DNA of 64,000 nucleotides from Bacillota bacterium (GCA_012728785.1 JAAYEK010000151.1:3096-67095); one strand, 5' to 3'; numbered from the stretch's first letter, positions 31,187 to 41,514 are shown. Numbers and translations: made by a program. The notes: a model not told the origin generated them from the letters alone.

Positions 31187-32047
31187 TCAAAGATCCGCAT
31201 CGTCAGGCACAATATTCCAAATATTCTTCAGTTCAATGGCGGTTTTCAGATCGCAAACATCCCGGTATTCGACTTCGATGTCGTTACCTGCTTCATCGGT
31301 ACCGATTACTAACTTAACGACAGTTGTTTTATCCCGTCCCTCGCCGGTTTTAGCGCCGATAACCTTAGCTTCATAGATAACATCGGTTTCACCGCCTTCA
31401 TCGTTATAATCCCGGACAAAGACTTTTTTACCGACTAGAGCTTCGGCTTGGGTCAAGGTCCCTTTACTAGAGACCAGGCATTCGGGAGTTAAAAGCTTCG
31501 TAGTGGTGGTACCGTTCAGTCCAACAACCATTTTAGCGTCGGCCACATACACCTGATTCAAACCGTCGGGATTGCCCTTGGAGTCCGTTTCCCGGACAAA
31601 GACGAATTTATCAACCAACGACTTGGCTTCTTCCCAAAGCCCTTCGTTGTTGAAGGTGGTTTTGGCTTCGCCGATCTTCACCTCTCTACCGTTATCCAGT
31701 CGCAGATACATCTCGCCGCTGATCTCCCGGGTCGAAATCACTTTACCGTAGACCAATTCCTGACCGTTGTCACCATTAACCTCAGCTTTGATATGATTGC
31801 CAATCATTAAGGTAGCCTGTTGCATTTGAGAAGCTTTCGCCACGTTCTGCATCTGCTCTAAGGCTGTAAACTGGGCCATTTGAGCGATGAATTCCTTGTC
31901 GTCCATGGGATTTAATGGGTCTTGGTTTTGCATCTGGACGATTAGGATCTTTAAAAACTCATCTTTGCCAAGATTGTCCCCGGTATTTCGGGAAGCTCCC
32001 GGCACAGTTCCGGTAGTCATGTTATAAACCTGATTTACACTACTCAT
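31187..32047 (-). CDS. flgD: Flagellar hook capping protein FlgD (extended)
   Basis: LGKDEFLKILIVQMQNQDPLNPMDDKEFIAQMAQFTALEQM. Confidence 0.94.
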   Translation of the reverse strand: MSSVNQVYNMTTGTVPGASRNTGDNLGKDEFLKILIVQMQNQDPLNPMDDKEFIAQMAQFTALEQMQNVAKASQMQQATLMIGNHIKAEVNGDNGQELVYGKVISTREISGEMYLRLDNGREVKIGEAKTTFNNEGLWEEAKSLVDKFVFVRETDSKGNPDGLNQVYVADAKMVVGLNGTTTTKLLTPECLVSSKGTLTQAEALVGKKVFVRDYNDEGGETDVIYEAKVIGAKTGEGRDKTTVVKLVIGTDEAGNDIEVEYRDVCDLKTAIELKNIWNIVPDDADL

Positions 32048-32075
32048 TGCTTTTCACCTCCTTTTTTGATAATAA

Positions 32076-33647
32076 TTAAGCGATTAAGTCAATCAAGGTA
32101 TCACTTTGCACTAGCGGTTTTGATTCTTGAGTCTCCAATACTTCATCATCGTTAATCCCACTGACTTTAGCCCCGGAATTAAGGAACTGTTCCCGATTGG
32201 AAGCGGCCTGTTCAAAGCCTTCATTACCCTGTTGATTACCTACGGATACCATAATCGTATCCACTTGCATCCCGTTTTCCTGCAAATCCCGTTTGAGTTG
32301 GCTCAAGTTACTTTCAATAATCTCCTTTACCTGCTGAGATTCGGCGAAAAACTTAGCAGTGACTACATCATTCTCAATAGTCACTTTTAACTGGAGTTTA
32401 CCGAGATGCTCCGGTTTTAAGTTGATCTCCATCTCACTGTCGCCATTGTTTACTAAAACTTTGGCATGTTCAACGATCTGGGTGAAGAGTTCTTCCCGGT
32501 TGGTCGAGTTAACCGTTTCGGAGCCGGAGACTTGAGTCTGGGATACATTGCCAAAAGAAGGTTGAGTTGCAACTACATTCAGCACCGGGGTTTCGGTCTT
32601 AGCTTCAGGAGCGTCGTTCACCGCCAGCTGGGTTTGGATCGCCGCCAGGTTTACTTTACCACTCTTAGCGGAAGATTGATCCGGTTGGACTAAAATCCGA
32701 TTCCCTTCGTGTTCGGCGTTGGCCTCGGTGTTTTTAACTAAAGCATCTCCTGAAAAATCAAACTTATTAACGGTTTGGTTTTCATTATCAGCTGTTACCT
32801 TGCCATTTTGTAATACTGAGACTGATTCAAAAAGCTGGTCATTGCCGTTTTTTTGTCCGTCCTTAGAAAGGGATTCTCCTTCAGTCCGGAAATGACTACC
32901 CAAGGCTTGGATCGAAATTTGACTTAAATCTCCCAAAACCGCAGTCTTGTCTTCTACCGATATTTCGTCCAATTTACCATCGAGGGAAACTTGTTTAAGA
33001 TCCTTCATGTTTACTGTTGGCATCTCGGAGACAACTTCAGTCAAGTTGCCAACTCCACTGTCTTTTCCCATAGTTACGGCTAATACAGCTGTTTCCTGGA
33101 TGGCTTCGACTAGCTCCGGATCAGCTGTTACCTCGGCAAGTTCAGCCATCTGAACTGTTTCCGGCTGGGTTTCGCCACGGATAGCTGCTTCAGCTTGGGC
33201 AAGATGGGCTAACAGCGCTGATAACTGATCTTGATTGCCATCAACCAAAACTTCGCCTTCTTGGTCTTGTTTACCCTCAGTTTCCGCAGTTGCTTTCTTT
33301 TGGGTAGTGTTTTCACTTTGGGGTTGGGCTGCTTCCATAGCTTCTCCGTTGGCAACTGCTTCGTGATCCGGTTTTGACTGGGACTCTAACTTATCCGCAG
33401 AGGTTTGATCCGCCCTTGTAAACTTGTCTGTTTGCGATTCCGGTTTGGTTTTTTGATCAACCGGACGACTTCGTTCCTGTTTTTCTCGGAAAGGCTTGAC
33501 TGTAAATTGGTCTTTACTAGCCTTTTGTAAGAATTTTTCGAAACTACTCGGGCCGAATTCCGTCTTTTTTTCCAATAAGGAAGTAGGTTGTAGATCTTGG
33601 GCCGGTTTGGCAGCGGACGCCGGAGGAATAAAAGAAAGATTTGACAT
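32076..33647 (-). CDS. fliK: Flagellar hook-length control protein FliK
   Basis: Long low-complexity N-terminal part; C-domain MEINLKPEHLGKL...IESNLSQLK. Confidence 0.9.
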   Translation of the reverse strand: MSNLSFIPPASAAKPAQDLQPTSLLEKKTEFGPSSFEKFLQKASKDQFTVKPFREKQERSRPVDQKTKPESQTDKFTRADQTSADKLESQSKPDHEAVANGEAMEAAQPQSENTTQKKATAETEGKQDQEGEVLVDGNQDQLSALLAHLAQAEAAIRGETQPETVQMAELAEVTADPELVEAIQETAVLAVTMGKDSGVGNLTEVVSEMPTVNMKDLKQVSLDGKLDEISVEDKTAVLGDLSQISIQALGSHFRTEGESLSKDGQKNGNDQLFESVSVLQNGKVTADNENQTVNKFDFSGDALVKNTEANAEHEGNRILVQPDQSSAKSGKVNLAAIQTQLAVNDAPEAKTETPVLNVVATQPSFGNVSQTQVSGSETVNSTNREELFTQIVEHAKVLVNNGDSEMEINLKPEHLGKLQLKVTIENDVVTAKFFAESQQVKEIIESNLSQLKRDLQENGMQVDTIMVSVGNQQGNEGFEQAASNREQFLNSGAKVSGINDDEVLETQESKPLVQSDTLIDLIA

Positions 33648-33811
33648 GGATTCACCTCCTTTCCCTATTTCTGCTTCAGTAAAATTGAACTTGCTTTTTG
33701 AAAATAACAGGTTAAACCGTTCGTGATTATTTTCAAAACCTTTTATAATACTGCATTTACCGAAGTAGAATCCAACGCAATTATCCCGAAGGATATATAC
33801 GTTTACTATTG

Positions 33812-33840
33812 TTATCGGACGGTTTCTCCAAATTAATTAG
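33812..33840 (-). promoter_or_regulatory. SigD-type internal promoter upstream of fliK
   Basis: Minus strand TAAT-N16-TCCGATAA. Confidence 0.55.
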
Positions 33841-33846
33841 AAGCTT

Positions 33847-34428
33847 TTACCGATACTTATTCAACCGATCCTGGGTTAGCTTAGCCAGGTATTCGGCGGG
33901 CATTTTTTCTAAGATCTTCCGCACCTGACTCTGTTGGAGTTGATCAAAGATCAGATAGACAGTGTCTTCAGGTAACTTTTGAATGACCATTGCCGCGTTT
34001 TTCGGTTTCATACTTCCTAAGGTCGCTAGGTAATACTTGAGGTTGGCTTCTTCCTTAACCCGGGCCGCTTTTTGGGCTGCGGTAAGGCCGGATGATCCAG
34101 GTGTTCCGGCAATAACGGGATGTTCCCGCTCCCAAGCTAGTTTTTCATCTAAAAAGAAATCTTGATCTTCCGCCAGCTTAGCCAGATCTTCTTGGAGCTT
34201 TGCTTCTCTAGCTTGTAAGTCGGCCTCTCTTTCACTCAGAAGCTTACTTCGTTTTTTGCCTAACTCGTAATTCTCCGCCAAATCATTCAATCCGGGTATA
34301 TAGCTGAGTCCTTCTAAGAATAATTCTTTAACATTAACAATACCCAACAAATTTAAAATCCCTAAAAATAAACATATTGCAACTACAATAATCAAAATTC
34401 TACCAAAATTAAAAAATGTCCGGTTCAT
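33847..34428 (-). CDS. MotE/YlxF family flagellar protein
   Basis: TM, coiled coil, MgtE_N-like SMKPKNAAMVI...ILEKMPAE; lies between fliJ and fliK. Confidence 0.8.
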   Translation of the reverse strand: MNRTFFNFGRILIIVVAICLFLGILNLLGIVNVKELFLEGLSYIPGLNDLAENYELGKKRSKLLSEREADLQAREAKLQEDLAKLAEDQDFFLDEKLAWEREHPVIAGTPGSSGLTAAQKAARVKEEANLKYYLATLGSMKPKNAAMVIQKLPEDTVYLIFDQLQQSQVRKILEKMPAEYLAKLTQDRLNKYR

Positions 34429-34457
34429 CTTTCCAGAACCTCCCGGCTTTCTTTACT

Positions 34458-34907
34458 TCATCCTATTTTATCCCTGATATAACGGCCCGTTCCCAGCTCA
34501 TCGAGGAATTTAATCTCGGCGTTCAACTGTTCGGCCTGATAAGCCCGATAAGCCTTTTCTTTCAATTTTTCCAAAACTTTCTTTTCCTTGGAAGCCTCAA
34601 TTAATCGTTGACGGCATTGAGCCACTTCCCGTTGGCATTCTTGGAGTTTAAGCATTGCCAGATCCACTTGACGGTTAAGCCAAATTAAATAGCGGTGATA
34701 ATCATTAGCTTCCTCGGGAATAAACCGTAGTTGGAATTTTTCGCGGTAAAACCTAATATTAGCCTCGACTTCATCTTGCCATCGGCATAACTCAATCCTT
34801 GCCTTTTCACTCCGCAGTTCAGCCTCACGCAGTTCAATTTTGCGTAAATCTTCAATTCTAATTTTTATTTTTAAAACAGTCTCCAACTTAAACTTAAATT
34901 TACTCAT
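34458..34907 (-). CDS. fliJ: Flagellar export protein FliJ
   Basis: KFKFKLETVL, EKKVLEKLKEK, IKFLDE. Confidence 0.9.
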   Translation of the reverse strand: MSKFKFKLETVLKIKIRIEDLRKIELREAELRSEKARIELCRWQDEVEANIRFYREKFQLRFIPEEANDYHRYLIWLNRQVDLAMLKLQECQREVAQCRQRLIEASKEKKVLEKLKEKAYRAYQAEQLNAEIKFLDELGTGRYIRDKIG

Positions 34908-36246
34908 GGGCCACCGTATCTCCAATCATCTCAATCAAGCGGGAAGCGGTATCGGCATAAGAAATTTTCTCTTCAATTCTTTGTTTTAAAAAATCATTGA
35001 TCGTTTGAATCATACTAATGGCCTTATCGATCCCGGGGTTGCTCCCCTTCGAGTATGCTCCGATGTTGATTAAATCCTGGTTATCCCGGTAAGTGGCTAA
35101 AATACTTCGTAGTTCGCCGGCGGCCCGACTATGACCTTCGTTTACCAATTCAACCATGAGACGGCTGATGCTGGCCAAAACATCAATGGCCGGATAATGG
35201 TTTTGATGGGCCAACTCCCTCGAAAGAACGATATGCCCGTCTAAGATGCTACGAACCGCATCAGCGATAGGCTCATTCATATCGTCCCCTTCAACCAGAA
35301 CCGTATATAAACCGGTGATACTGCCCTGATCGGAAGTGCCCGATCTTTCCAGAAGACGGGGCAATAGGGCGAAAACAGAAGGAGTGTAGCCCCTGGTTGT
35401 CGGCGGTTCTCCGACGGCTAACCCCACCTCCCGTTGAGCGATGGCAAACCGGGTCACTGAGTCCATCATCAATATAACATCATTTCCTTGGTCTCGAAAA
35501 TACTCGGCAACAGCAGTAGCTACCATTGCTCCTTTGATCCGGACCAAAGCCGGTTGATCGGAGGTGGCTACTATAACTACCGAACGGGCAATGCCTTCCG
35601 GTCCTAAATCCCGTTCTAAAAAGTCCCGGACTTCCCGGCCCCGTTCACCGATTAAACCGATGACATTGATGTCGGCATCGGTGTTACGGGCAATCATTCC
35701 GAGTAAGGTGCTTTTTCCAACGCCGCTACCGGCAAAAATGCCCACTCTTTGGCCCCGGCCGCAGGTTATTAGGGAGTCTATCGCCCTGATTCCCATAGCT
35801 AAAGGAGTATTGATCCGTTTGCGGGTCAGAGGGTTAGGGGGCGATGCTTGAAGTGGGTAAAATTCACCCGTTAACAGCGGGCCTTTACCGTCAATCGGCC
35901 GACCGAGACCGTCCAAAACCCGGCCTAACAACCCCTGGCCAACTTCCACCTGTAGATTTTGACCGGTGGCGCTAATTTCACATCCCGGACTAATTCCGGT
36001 AATCTCGCCTAAAGGCATTAATAATACCTTCCCGGATTTAAAACCGACCACTTCTGCGGAAAGCAGTTCGGCGCGATCATTCACTTTAACCAGACAATGT
36101 TCACCAAGATTAACAGCAGGCCCATCCGCTTCAATGGTTAAACCGACAATTTGACTGACCCTTCCGGTCCGTCTAATTGGATCAACCAGCTTAATGGCGG
36201 TTAAATATTTTTCAGCGCTAAAGGGTTGGATTTCATTCGGAGCCAT
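34900..36246 (-). CDS. fliI: Flagellar export ATPase FliI
   Basis: FAGSGVGKSTL, IGERGREV, MMDSVTRFA, SILDGHIVL. Confidence 0.98.
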   Translation of the reverse strand: MAPNEIQPFSAEKYLTAIKLVDPIRRTGRVSQIVGLTIEADGPAVNLGEHCLVKVNDRAELLSAEVVGFKSGKVLLMPLGEITGISPGCEISATGQNLQVEVGQGLLGRVLDGLGRPIDGKGPLLTGEFYPLQASPPNPLTRKRINTPLAMGIRAIDSLITCGRGQRVGIFAGSGVGKSTLLGMIARNTDADINVIGLIGERGREVRDFLERDLGPEGIARSVVIVATSDQPALVRIKGAMVATAVAEYFRDQGNDVILMMDSVTRFAIAQREVGLAVGEPPTTRGYTPSVFALLPRLLERSGTSDQGSITGLYTVLVEGDDMNEPIADAVRSILDGHIVLSRELAHQNHYPAIDVLASISRLMVELVNEGHSRAAGELRSILATYRDNQDLINIGAYSKGSNPGIDKAISMIQTINDFLKQRIEEKISYADTASRLIEMIGDTVAHE

Positions 36247-37363
36247 CGATTTGACCCGCCTTTAGGATTTCATTCATAATCCGTTCTAGTTGAGATTTGA
36301 TCCTAGCGTCTACCTTGCCATGTTCGGTTTCGATAAAACAGTCTCCCGGAGCGATCGTTTGGTCCGGTTTGATCGCAATTGACTTGGGTTCGCTAAAAAC
36401 CTCCTGTAATGAAGGGAGATTTTCCTCGATTAACCGCCCATCATCGGGGTTGATTTTGATCGTAATTGAATTGGCAGTAGCGACTCTTGATAATGCTTCT
36501 TTAATCACGGATACAACCTGCTCCGGGTGGCTTTTCAACTCAGAACCGATTATCTTCTCGACAATTCCGGTCACTAACTTTAACAGTTCCCCTTCGGAAG
36601 ATACAATCCGAGTCACTCTTTCTTCCTCAGCCTGAGCAAGAATGGAAATAGAGTTTTCCAAATTCGCTTCAATTGCTTGTTTCGCCTTTGCTAGGCCTTC
36701 TTTATTTCCGGCAGCAAAACCTTCCTGCTGAGCTTGGACCTTCATTTCCTCGGCTTGAAGTTTGGCATCGTCAATGATTTTCTTGGCTTCTTGTTTGGCC
36801 TGCTCAAGACCTTCATCAGCTTGCGCTTTAGCTTGCTCGATAATCTCTTCCGCTTTAGTTTGGGCCTTTGCTTCAATTTGGGCCGCTTCCGTTTTAGCCT
36901 GTTCTATAATACCGGCAGCATTTTCACTCGCCACAACGGTAATATTATCAGCTTTTTCCTTAGCCAACCGAGTCAAAACATCGGCCTGTTCTTTACTTTG
37001 ATCAATCAATTTTTCCGCTTCCAGATTGACCTGAAACAAATCAATATCCTGGACTTCCGCTGCTGGTTCGTTTATTTGGTTATCAATGGGTGTGGCATCA
37101 TTTATTTCGAGTTCTTTTTCTTTCGAAGCTTCAGGATTAATTAGATCAATTTCGCCCGGTTCATCATCGGAGTTTTCGTCCTGCGGAAAGATCGTCTCTA
37201 AAATCTCCTCCAGAGTCGCGGCAGTTTCCGACTGGGACTCTGCTGAAGAATTTGGAGTTTCATCTTCTTCCTGATTATTAACAAAAAAGGCATCCACATC
37301 GACTGGATCCAGACGACACGGATGAGCCTCTACAAAATCTTCCGATTTAATAATTTTAGACAA
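36233..37363 (-). CDS. fliH: Flagellar export protein FliH
   Basis: MSKIIK, A-rich coiled coil, AQQEGFAAG.KEG, C-terminal GDCFIETEHGKVDARI. Confidence 0.9.
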   Translation of the reverse strand: MSKIIKSEDFVEAHPCRLDPVDVDAFFVNNQEEDETPNSSAESQSETAATLEEILETIFPQDENSDDEPGEIDLINPEASKEKELEINDATPIDNQINEPAAEVQDIDLFQVNLEAEKLIDQSKEQADVLTRLAKEKADNITVVASENAAGIIEQAKTEAAQIEAKAQTKAEEIIEQAKAQADEGLEQAKQEAKKIIDDAKLQAEEMKVQAQQEGFAAGNKEGLAKAKQAIEANLENSISILAQAEEERVTRIVSSEGELLKLVTGIVEKIIGSELKSHPEQVVSVIKEALSRVATANSITIKINPDDGRLIEENLPSLQEVFSEPKSIAIKPDQTIAPGDCFIETEHGKVDARIKSQLERIMNEILKAGQIDGSE

Positions 37364-38366
37364 TCAATTCATCCTCCTTACCCCTGGAGATGATTATTTC
37401 TCCCGAGTCTTCCAATTGTCGGATGACATTAACAATCTTCTGTTGGGCTTCCTCTACGTCACGCAGGCGTACCGGCCCCATATATCCCATGTCTTCCTTG
37501 AGCAATTCCACTGCACGTTTGGACATATTGCGGAAAACAAGGTTTTTAACATCTTCACTGGCGGTCTTCATCGCCATAGACAGATCTTTAGCATCGATTT
37601 CCCGTAAAATACGTTGGACCGAACGGTTATCAAGCAATACAATATCTTCGAAGACGAACATCCGGCGTTTAATCTCATCGGCCAACTCCGGATTTTCCTC
37701 GGCTAAGGCTTCTAAGATGGTCTTTTCAGTCCCACGATCAACCCGATTTAAAATTGAAACTACCGACTCAACTCCACCGGCAATTGTAAAGTCCTGCATC
37801 ACAAAGGAAGACAATTTTTTTTCTAGGATTAACTCTACTTCCCGTAAGACATCCGGAGAAGTCCGATCCATGGTCGCCACCCGTTTGGCCACTTCCACCT
37901 GTTGCAGCGGGGGCAAAGCCGACAGAATAATTCCGGCTTGTTCCGGAGCAAGATAAGCCATTACCAAAGCAATAGTTTGAGGATGTTCATTTTGAATAAA
38001 GTTAAGCAACTGGCTTGGTTCTGTCTTCCGGGCAAAGTCAAAAGGCCTGACTTGCAACGATGCGGTTAACTTACCGATGATATCATGAGCTTTATGAGAG
38101 CCTAAAGCCTTTTCCAATATTTCACGGGCGGAATCGATCCCTCCCGATAAAATAAATTCTTGGGCTAAGCAGATCTGATAAAATTCTTCTAAAACCCGAT
38201 CTTTGATCTCCGGCGAGACCCGGCGAATATTGGCAATCTCTAAACTAAGTTCCTCAATCTCGTCTTCGCGTAAATTCTTCATAATACCGGCCGAGATTTC
38301 CGAACCAAGCGATAATAGTAAGACTGCCGCTTTTTGTTTTCCAGTTAATTCTTGTGGTTTTGCCAC
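37356..38366 (-). CDS. fliG: Flagellar motor switch protein FliG
   Basis: LTGKQKAAVLL, EHPQTIA, MFVFED, GPVRLRDVEEAQ. Confidence 0.98.
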   Translation of the reverse strand: MAKPQELTGKQKAAVLLLSLGSEISAGIMKNLREDEIEELSLEIANIRRVSPEIKDRVLEEFYQICLAQEFILSGGIDSAREILEKALGSHKAHDIIGKLTASLQVRPFDFARKTEPSQLLNFIQNEHPQTIALVMAYLAPEQAGIILSALPPLQQVEVAKRVATMDRTSPDVLREVELILEKKLSSFVMQDFTIAGGVESVVSILNRVDRGTEKTILEALAEENPELADEIKRRMFVFEDIVLLDNRSVQRILREIDAKDLSMAMKTASEDVKNLVFRNMSKRAVELLKEDMGYMGPVRLRDVEEAQQKIVNVIRQLEDSGEIIISRGKEDELIV

Positions 38367-38383
38367 GGGAGTTCACTCCAAGT

Positions 38384-39952
38384 TTAAGATTCTTCGGAGA
38401 GCCAAGCTTTTAATAACACGGCGACTTCCGCCGGTTTTTCGCGGGCGAATTTTTCAATCGCCACCAAGCGTTCATTTCTAGCTCTTTCCTCCGGAGTAAT
38501 TTCAATAACGGCTGCTTCTTCGGCTGTCATTAATTTGTCTTCCACCAAAGTATCGATCTTCGAACCTACGACTAATCCTTCGGCGGATAGTTCCTCTCCT
38601 AAAATCTCCTCCGCTTTTTTAGCTTTGACAGCCGGTGAACTGCGGCGGGCGATAATAGCAAGGGTTAATAATAAAACCATTCCGACGAAAGCGGCAACTA
38701 TCATGTTCCAAGGAATCTCCACCGGTTCCGGTTCGGCCGGTTTGGAGAATTCAATCGTTTCCACAGTCAAACGGTCGCCCCGTTCTTCCATGAGCCCCAC
38801 CGAGGCAGCAACCGTATTATAAACTTTATCTTTGGTGAGCGCCGGTAAATTACCGTCTACCCAAACCCCAACCGTCAAGCGTTTAACTTTTCCGGGTGCG
38901 GCGACCCTAAACTCTTCAACTTTACTAATCTCGTAGTTGGTAGTCCGTTCCGACTTTTCGGCTTTATATTGGGTTATTCCCGAATCAGTCGCTTTATACT
39001 GAGTAATATTGGTGTCGGTCCCGGGAACACCTACACTGGAGCTTCCCGTCCCCTCATAAGTTTCGTATTTCTCCTGTTCGCTCCGGGGAACCCCTTTATC
39101 AGCGAAAGTTTCACTTTTTTGTTCTTGATAGTCAAGATCTAAATCGGCATTGACTCGGACCACGGCCCGATTAAATCCGAAAACCTTGGAGAGCATACTC
39201 TCCACTCGCCGTTCTACCTGATTCTCATAATCATATTTAGCGCCAAAAGCGTCGGCGATAGAGTCCGGTCCAGGTAATCCCCGCTGGTTTCGTCCCGGTC
39301 GAAGCATGGCGGTTAAATCATTGGCATAGTTATCGATGATGGTGACATTTTCTTTTCTAACGCCGGTACTGGCTGCAACTAGATTGGCGATGGACTCCAC
39401 TTGGGCCTGGGTAAGCACTCCCGGACCTCTTAGCTGTAATTGGACGGAAACGGTGCCTTCCGGTTTATCATCGGCGAAGATATACTCGGTGGAATCGGGT
39501 AAATTAAGTAAAATTTTAGCATCAAAGATCCCGTCCAACCGTTGCAAGGTTCGGGTCAATTCGCCTGAAATAGCGCGTTGTCTGTTGATTTGATTGGTGA
39601 AGTCGGTAGCGCTGAAAGAACTTTGGTCGAAGATCTCCCAACCTACTACTCCGCCTCGGGGAATACCCTCTTTGAGTAAATTAGCCCGAACCGAAACCGC
39701 ATTGGGAACTTCGATCCCGCCACCCGCCGAAGTCCGGTAGGGAATCCGCAGCTCTTCCAGTTTAGTAATAATCTCGCTGCGGTCTTGTTCGGAAAGACGG
39801 GAGTATAGCAGCTCATAACGGGGTGATCTAACCCACCTGACCCCGAAAATGATGGTACCTAATACCAACAGCAGAACCACCACGACCATTATCCGCCGGG
39901 TGGTATCCATTTTATTCCAGAGATTCTTTATCTGGGTTAAAATCTCGTTCAC
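38384..39952 (-). CDS. fliF: Flagellar MS-ring protein FliF
   Basis: Two TMs, GWEIFD..SF..TDF, RAISGELTRTL, ERTTNYEISK, LKAWLSEE. Confidence 0.95.
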   Translation of the reverse strand: MNEILTQIKNLWNKMDTTRRIMVVVVLLLVLGTIIFGVRWVRSPRYELLYSRLSEQDRSEIITKLEELRIPYRTSAGGGIEVPNAVSVRANLLKEGIPRGGVVGWEIFDQSSFSATDFTNQINRQRAISGELTRTLQRLDGIFDAKILLNLPDSTEYIFADDKPEGTVSVQLQLRGPGVLTQAQVESIANLVAASTGVRKENVTIIDNYANDLTAMLRPGRNQRGLPGPDSIADAFGAKYDYENQVERRVESMLSKVFGFNRAVVRVNADLDLDYQEQKSETFADKGVPRSEQEKYETYEGTGSSSVGVPGTDTNITQYKATDSGITQYKAEKSERTTNYEISKVEEFRVAAPGKVKRLTVGVWVDGNLPALTKDKVYNTVAASVGLMEERGDRLTVETIEFSKPAEPEPVEIPWNMIVAAFVGMVLLLTLAIIARRSSPAVKAKKAEEILGEELSAEGLVVGSKIDTLVEDKLMTAEEAAVIEITPEERARNERLVAIEKFAREKPAEVAVLLKAWLSEES

Positions 39953-40012
39953 ATTAACCTCCTAAATCTTATACCTGGCGCAATCAAAGTTTTTATGCAA
40001 ATCTTGGGGATA

Positions 40013-40041
40013 ATTATATCATTCAACACCTTAGAAAACAA
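40013..40041 (-). promoter_or_regulatory. SigA-type promoter upstream of fliF
   Basis: TTGTTT-N17-TATAAT with an extended TG. Confidence 0.55.
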
Positions 40042-40137
40042 TGAGGTGACCTGAACGAAAATAAAATTCGTAAATTACTCGATTATGATTGCATCCGGCA
40101 TTAGAAGGCAGTCGTTCACATTAAGCTACTATGGTTA

Positions 40138-40443
40138 TTAGATCTGGGTCCGCATAATCTCTTGATATGCTTCCAATACTTTGTTCCGAAGCTGCATGGT
40201 AAAGTCAAAAGCCAATCCGGCCTTTTCAGCCATGACCATTGCTTGATGGATATACTCCAGATTACCGGAGGCCATTTGAGCGTTAAGGTCCGACGATTGA
40301 ATCTGAAGCACGTTTACTTTATCCAATGCTTGTCCTAACATTTGTTCAAAGGAATTGGCGGTTGCCGGATTTTCGACAAACGGTTTTGATTCCTTATCCA
40401 GTTTAATAAAAGAAAGCGGACTAATTGGAGTTGTATTCACCAT
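40138..40443 (-). CDS. fliE: Flagellar basal body protein FliE
   Basis: SFEQML.QALDKVN, IHQAMV.AEKA, LRNKVLEAYQEIMRTQI. Confidence 0.95.
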   Translation of the reverse strand: MVNTTPISPLSFIKLDKESKPFVENPATANSFEQMLGQALDKVNVLQIQSSDLNAQMASGNLEYIHQAMVMAEKAGLAFDFTMQLRNKVLEAYQEIMRTQI

Positions 40444-40460
40444 TGATTGACCTCCCTTTC

Positions 40461-40892
40461 TTAGACCCTACCAATATCTAATGCCGCCCGATACATATCT
40501 TTAGCTGAGTTAAAGGCGGTAACATTCGCTTCATAAGAACGGCTCGCTGAAATCAAGTTGACCATTTCCACCACCGGATTAATATCCGGGTAAAGCACAT
40601 ATCCTTCAGTGTTCGCGTCAGGATGGGACGGATCGTAAACCAACCGCGGCGGGTTTTCATCCGGTTTAATCCTAACTACTTTGACTCCGGCCGGTCGCGA
40701 AACCAATCGTCCTTGGGCATTGATTGCTTCTTCGATAACTTCCATAAATACCGGAACTTTTCGGGTGTAAGGTCCCCCTTCTTTAGTTCTGGTGGTATTA
40801 GCGTTGGCAATATTATTGGATATCAGGTCCATTCTCAGCCGTTCAGCAGTCAAAGCAGTGGCGCTGATATCAAAATTACGAAACAGATCCAT
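40461..40892 (-). CDS. flgC: Flagellar rod protein FlgC
   Basis: ISATALTAERLRMDLISNNIANANTT, YDPSHPDA, ASRSYEAN. Confidence 0.97.
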   Translation of the reverse strand: MDLFRNFDISATALTAERLRMDLISNNIANANTTRTKEGGPYTRKVPVFMEVIEEAINAQGRLVSRPAGVKVVRIKPDENPPRLVYDPSHPDANTEGYVLYPDINPVVEMVNLISASRSYEANVTAFNSAKDMYRAALDIGRV

Positions 40893-40897
40893 CTAGA

Positions 40898-41302
40898 TCA
40901 TCTCCCTTCGATGGCCTTTTTCAAGCCGTCCATTCTCTTTTTCCAGGTTTGGGTGATCGATTGGAAGAACAGGGTGTTCTGGGCGTCTTGGGCCATTTCG
41001 AACTCAACGTCGATGTTGTTGGTGTCGTAACGGCTCAAGGTTTTGGTCTCCCTGTTAATCTTGATCGGTCCCAATCCCGGCCGGGAATTGGAAAAATGCA
41101 TCGGATGGGTTCTGACCATTTCCAGTTCGTCTTCGTTAATCCGGTCATTCAAGGCATCGGCGAAATCAATGTCGAGCCTTTTATAGAACGGAGTGTTCAC
41201 ATTGGCGATATTCTGGTTAATAAGTTGTTTGCGGATCATCGAAGCGTCCATGGCCCTTTCCAGGAGTTTCGATGTCCGGTTTTGAGTTAGTTTTTGCCAC
41301 AT
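40898..41302 (-). CDS. flgB: Flagellar rod protein FlgB
   Basis: NIANVNTPFYKR, THPMH, NNIDVEFEM; ATG at 41302 follows GAGGTG. Confidence 0.95.
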   Translation of the reverse strand: MWQKLTQNRTSKLLERAMDASMIRKQLINQNIANVNTPFYKRLDIDFADALNDRINEDELEMVRTHPMHFSNSRPGLGPIKINRETKTLSRYDTNNIDVEFEMAQDAQNTLFFQSITQTWKKRMDGLKKAIEGR

Positions 41303-41415
41303 ATCCCGCACCTCATCCGATAATGTTTGAACCTTAATAAAACATCTATTTCAGTAATCGGATGATGTCCACCTAAAGTTTAGTTTTTTTTGAAAGCTTG
41401 TGATAACTAAGTTTT

Positions 41416-41443
41416 ACTTCGCTATTATCAGGGTAAATCCTGC
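41416..41443 (-). promoter_or_regulatory. SigH-like promoter upstream of flgB
   Basis: Minus strand GCAGGATTT-N11-AGCGAAGT. Confidence 0.45.
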
Positions 41444-41514
41444 AATATCGGATTCTTTTTACTAAATTTCTATCCAAAACCATGGCCCATAAAGGCCGAA
41501 TCTAATAAATTATT

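Noticed and set aside
712..41290. Many 60-210 aa plus-strand ORFs in the ORF track
   Set aside because: Antisense shadows of well-conserved minus-strand genes, with no recognisable motifs
41311..41500. c-di-GMP riboswitch upstream of flgB
   Set aside because: No class I (GGCAAA/GNRA-receptor) or class II consensus recognised
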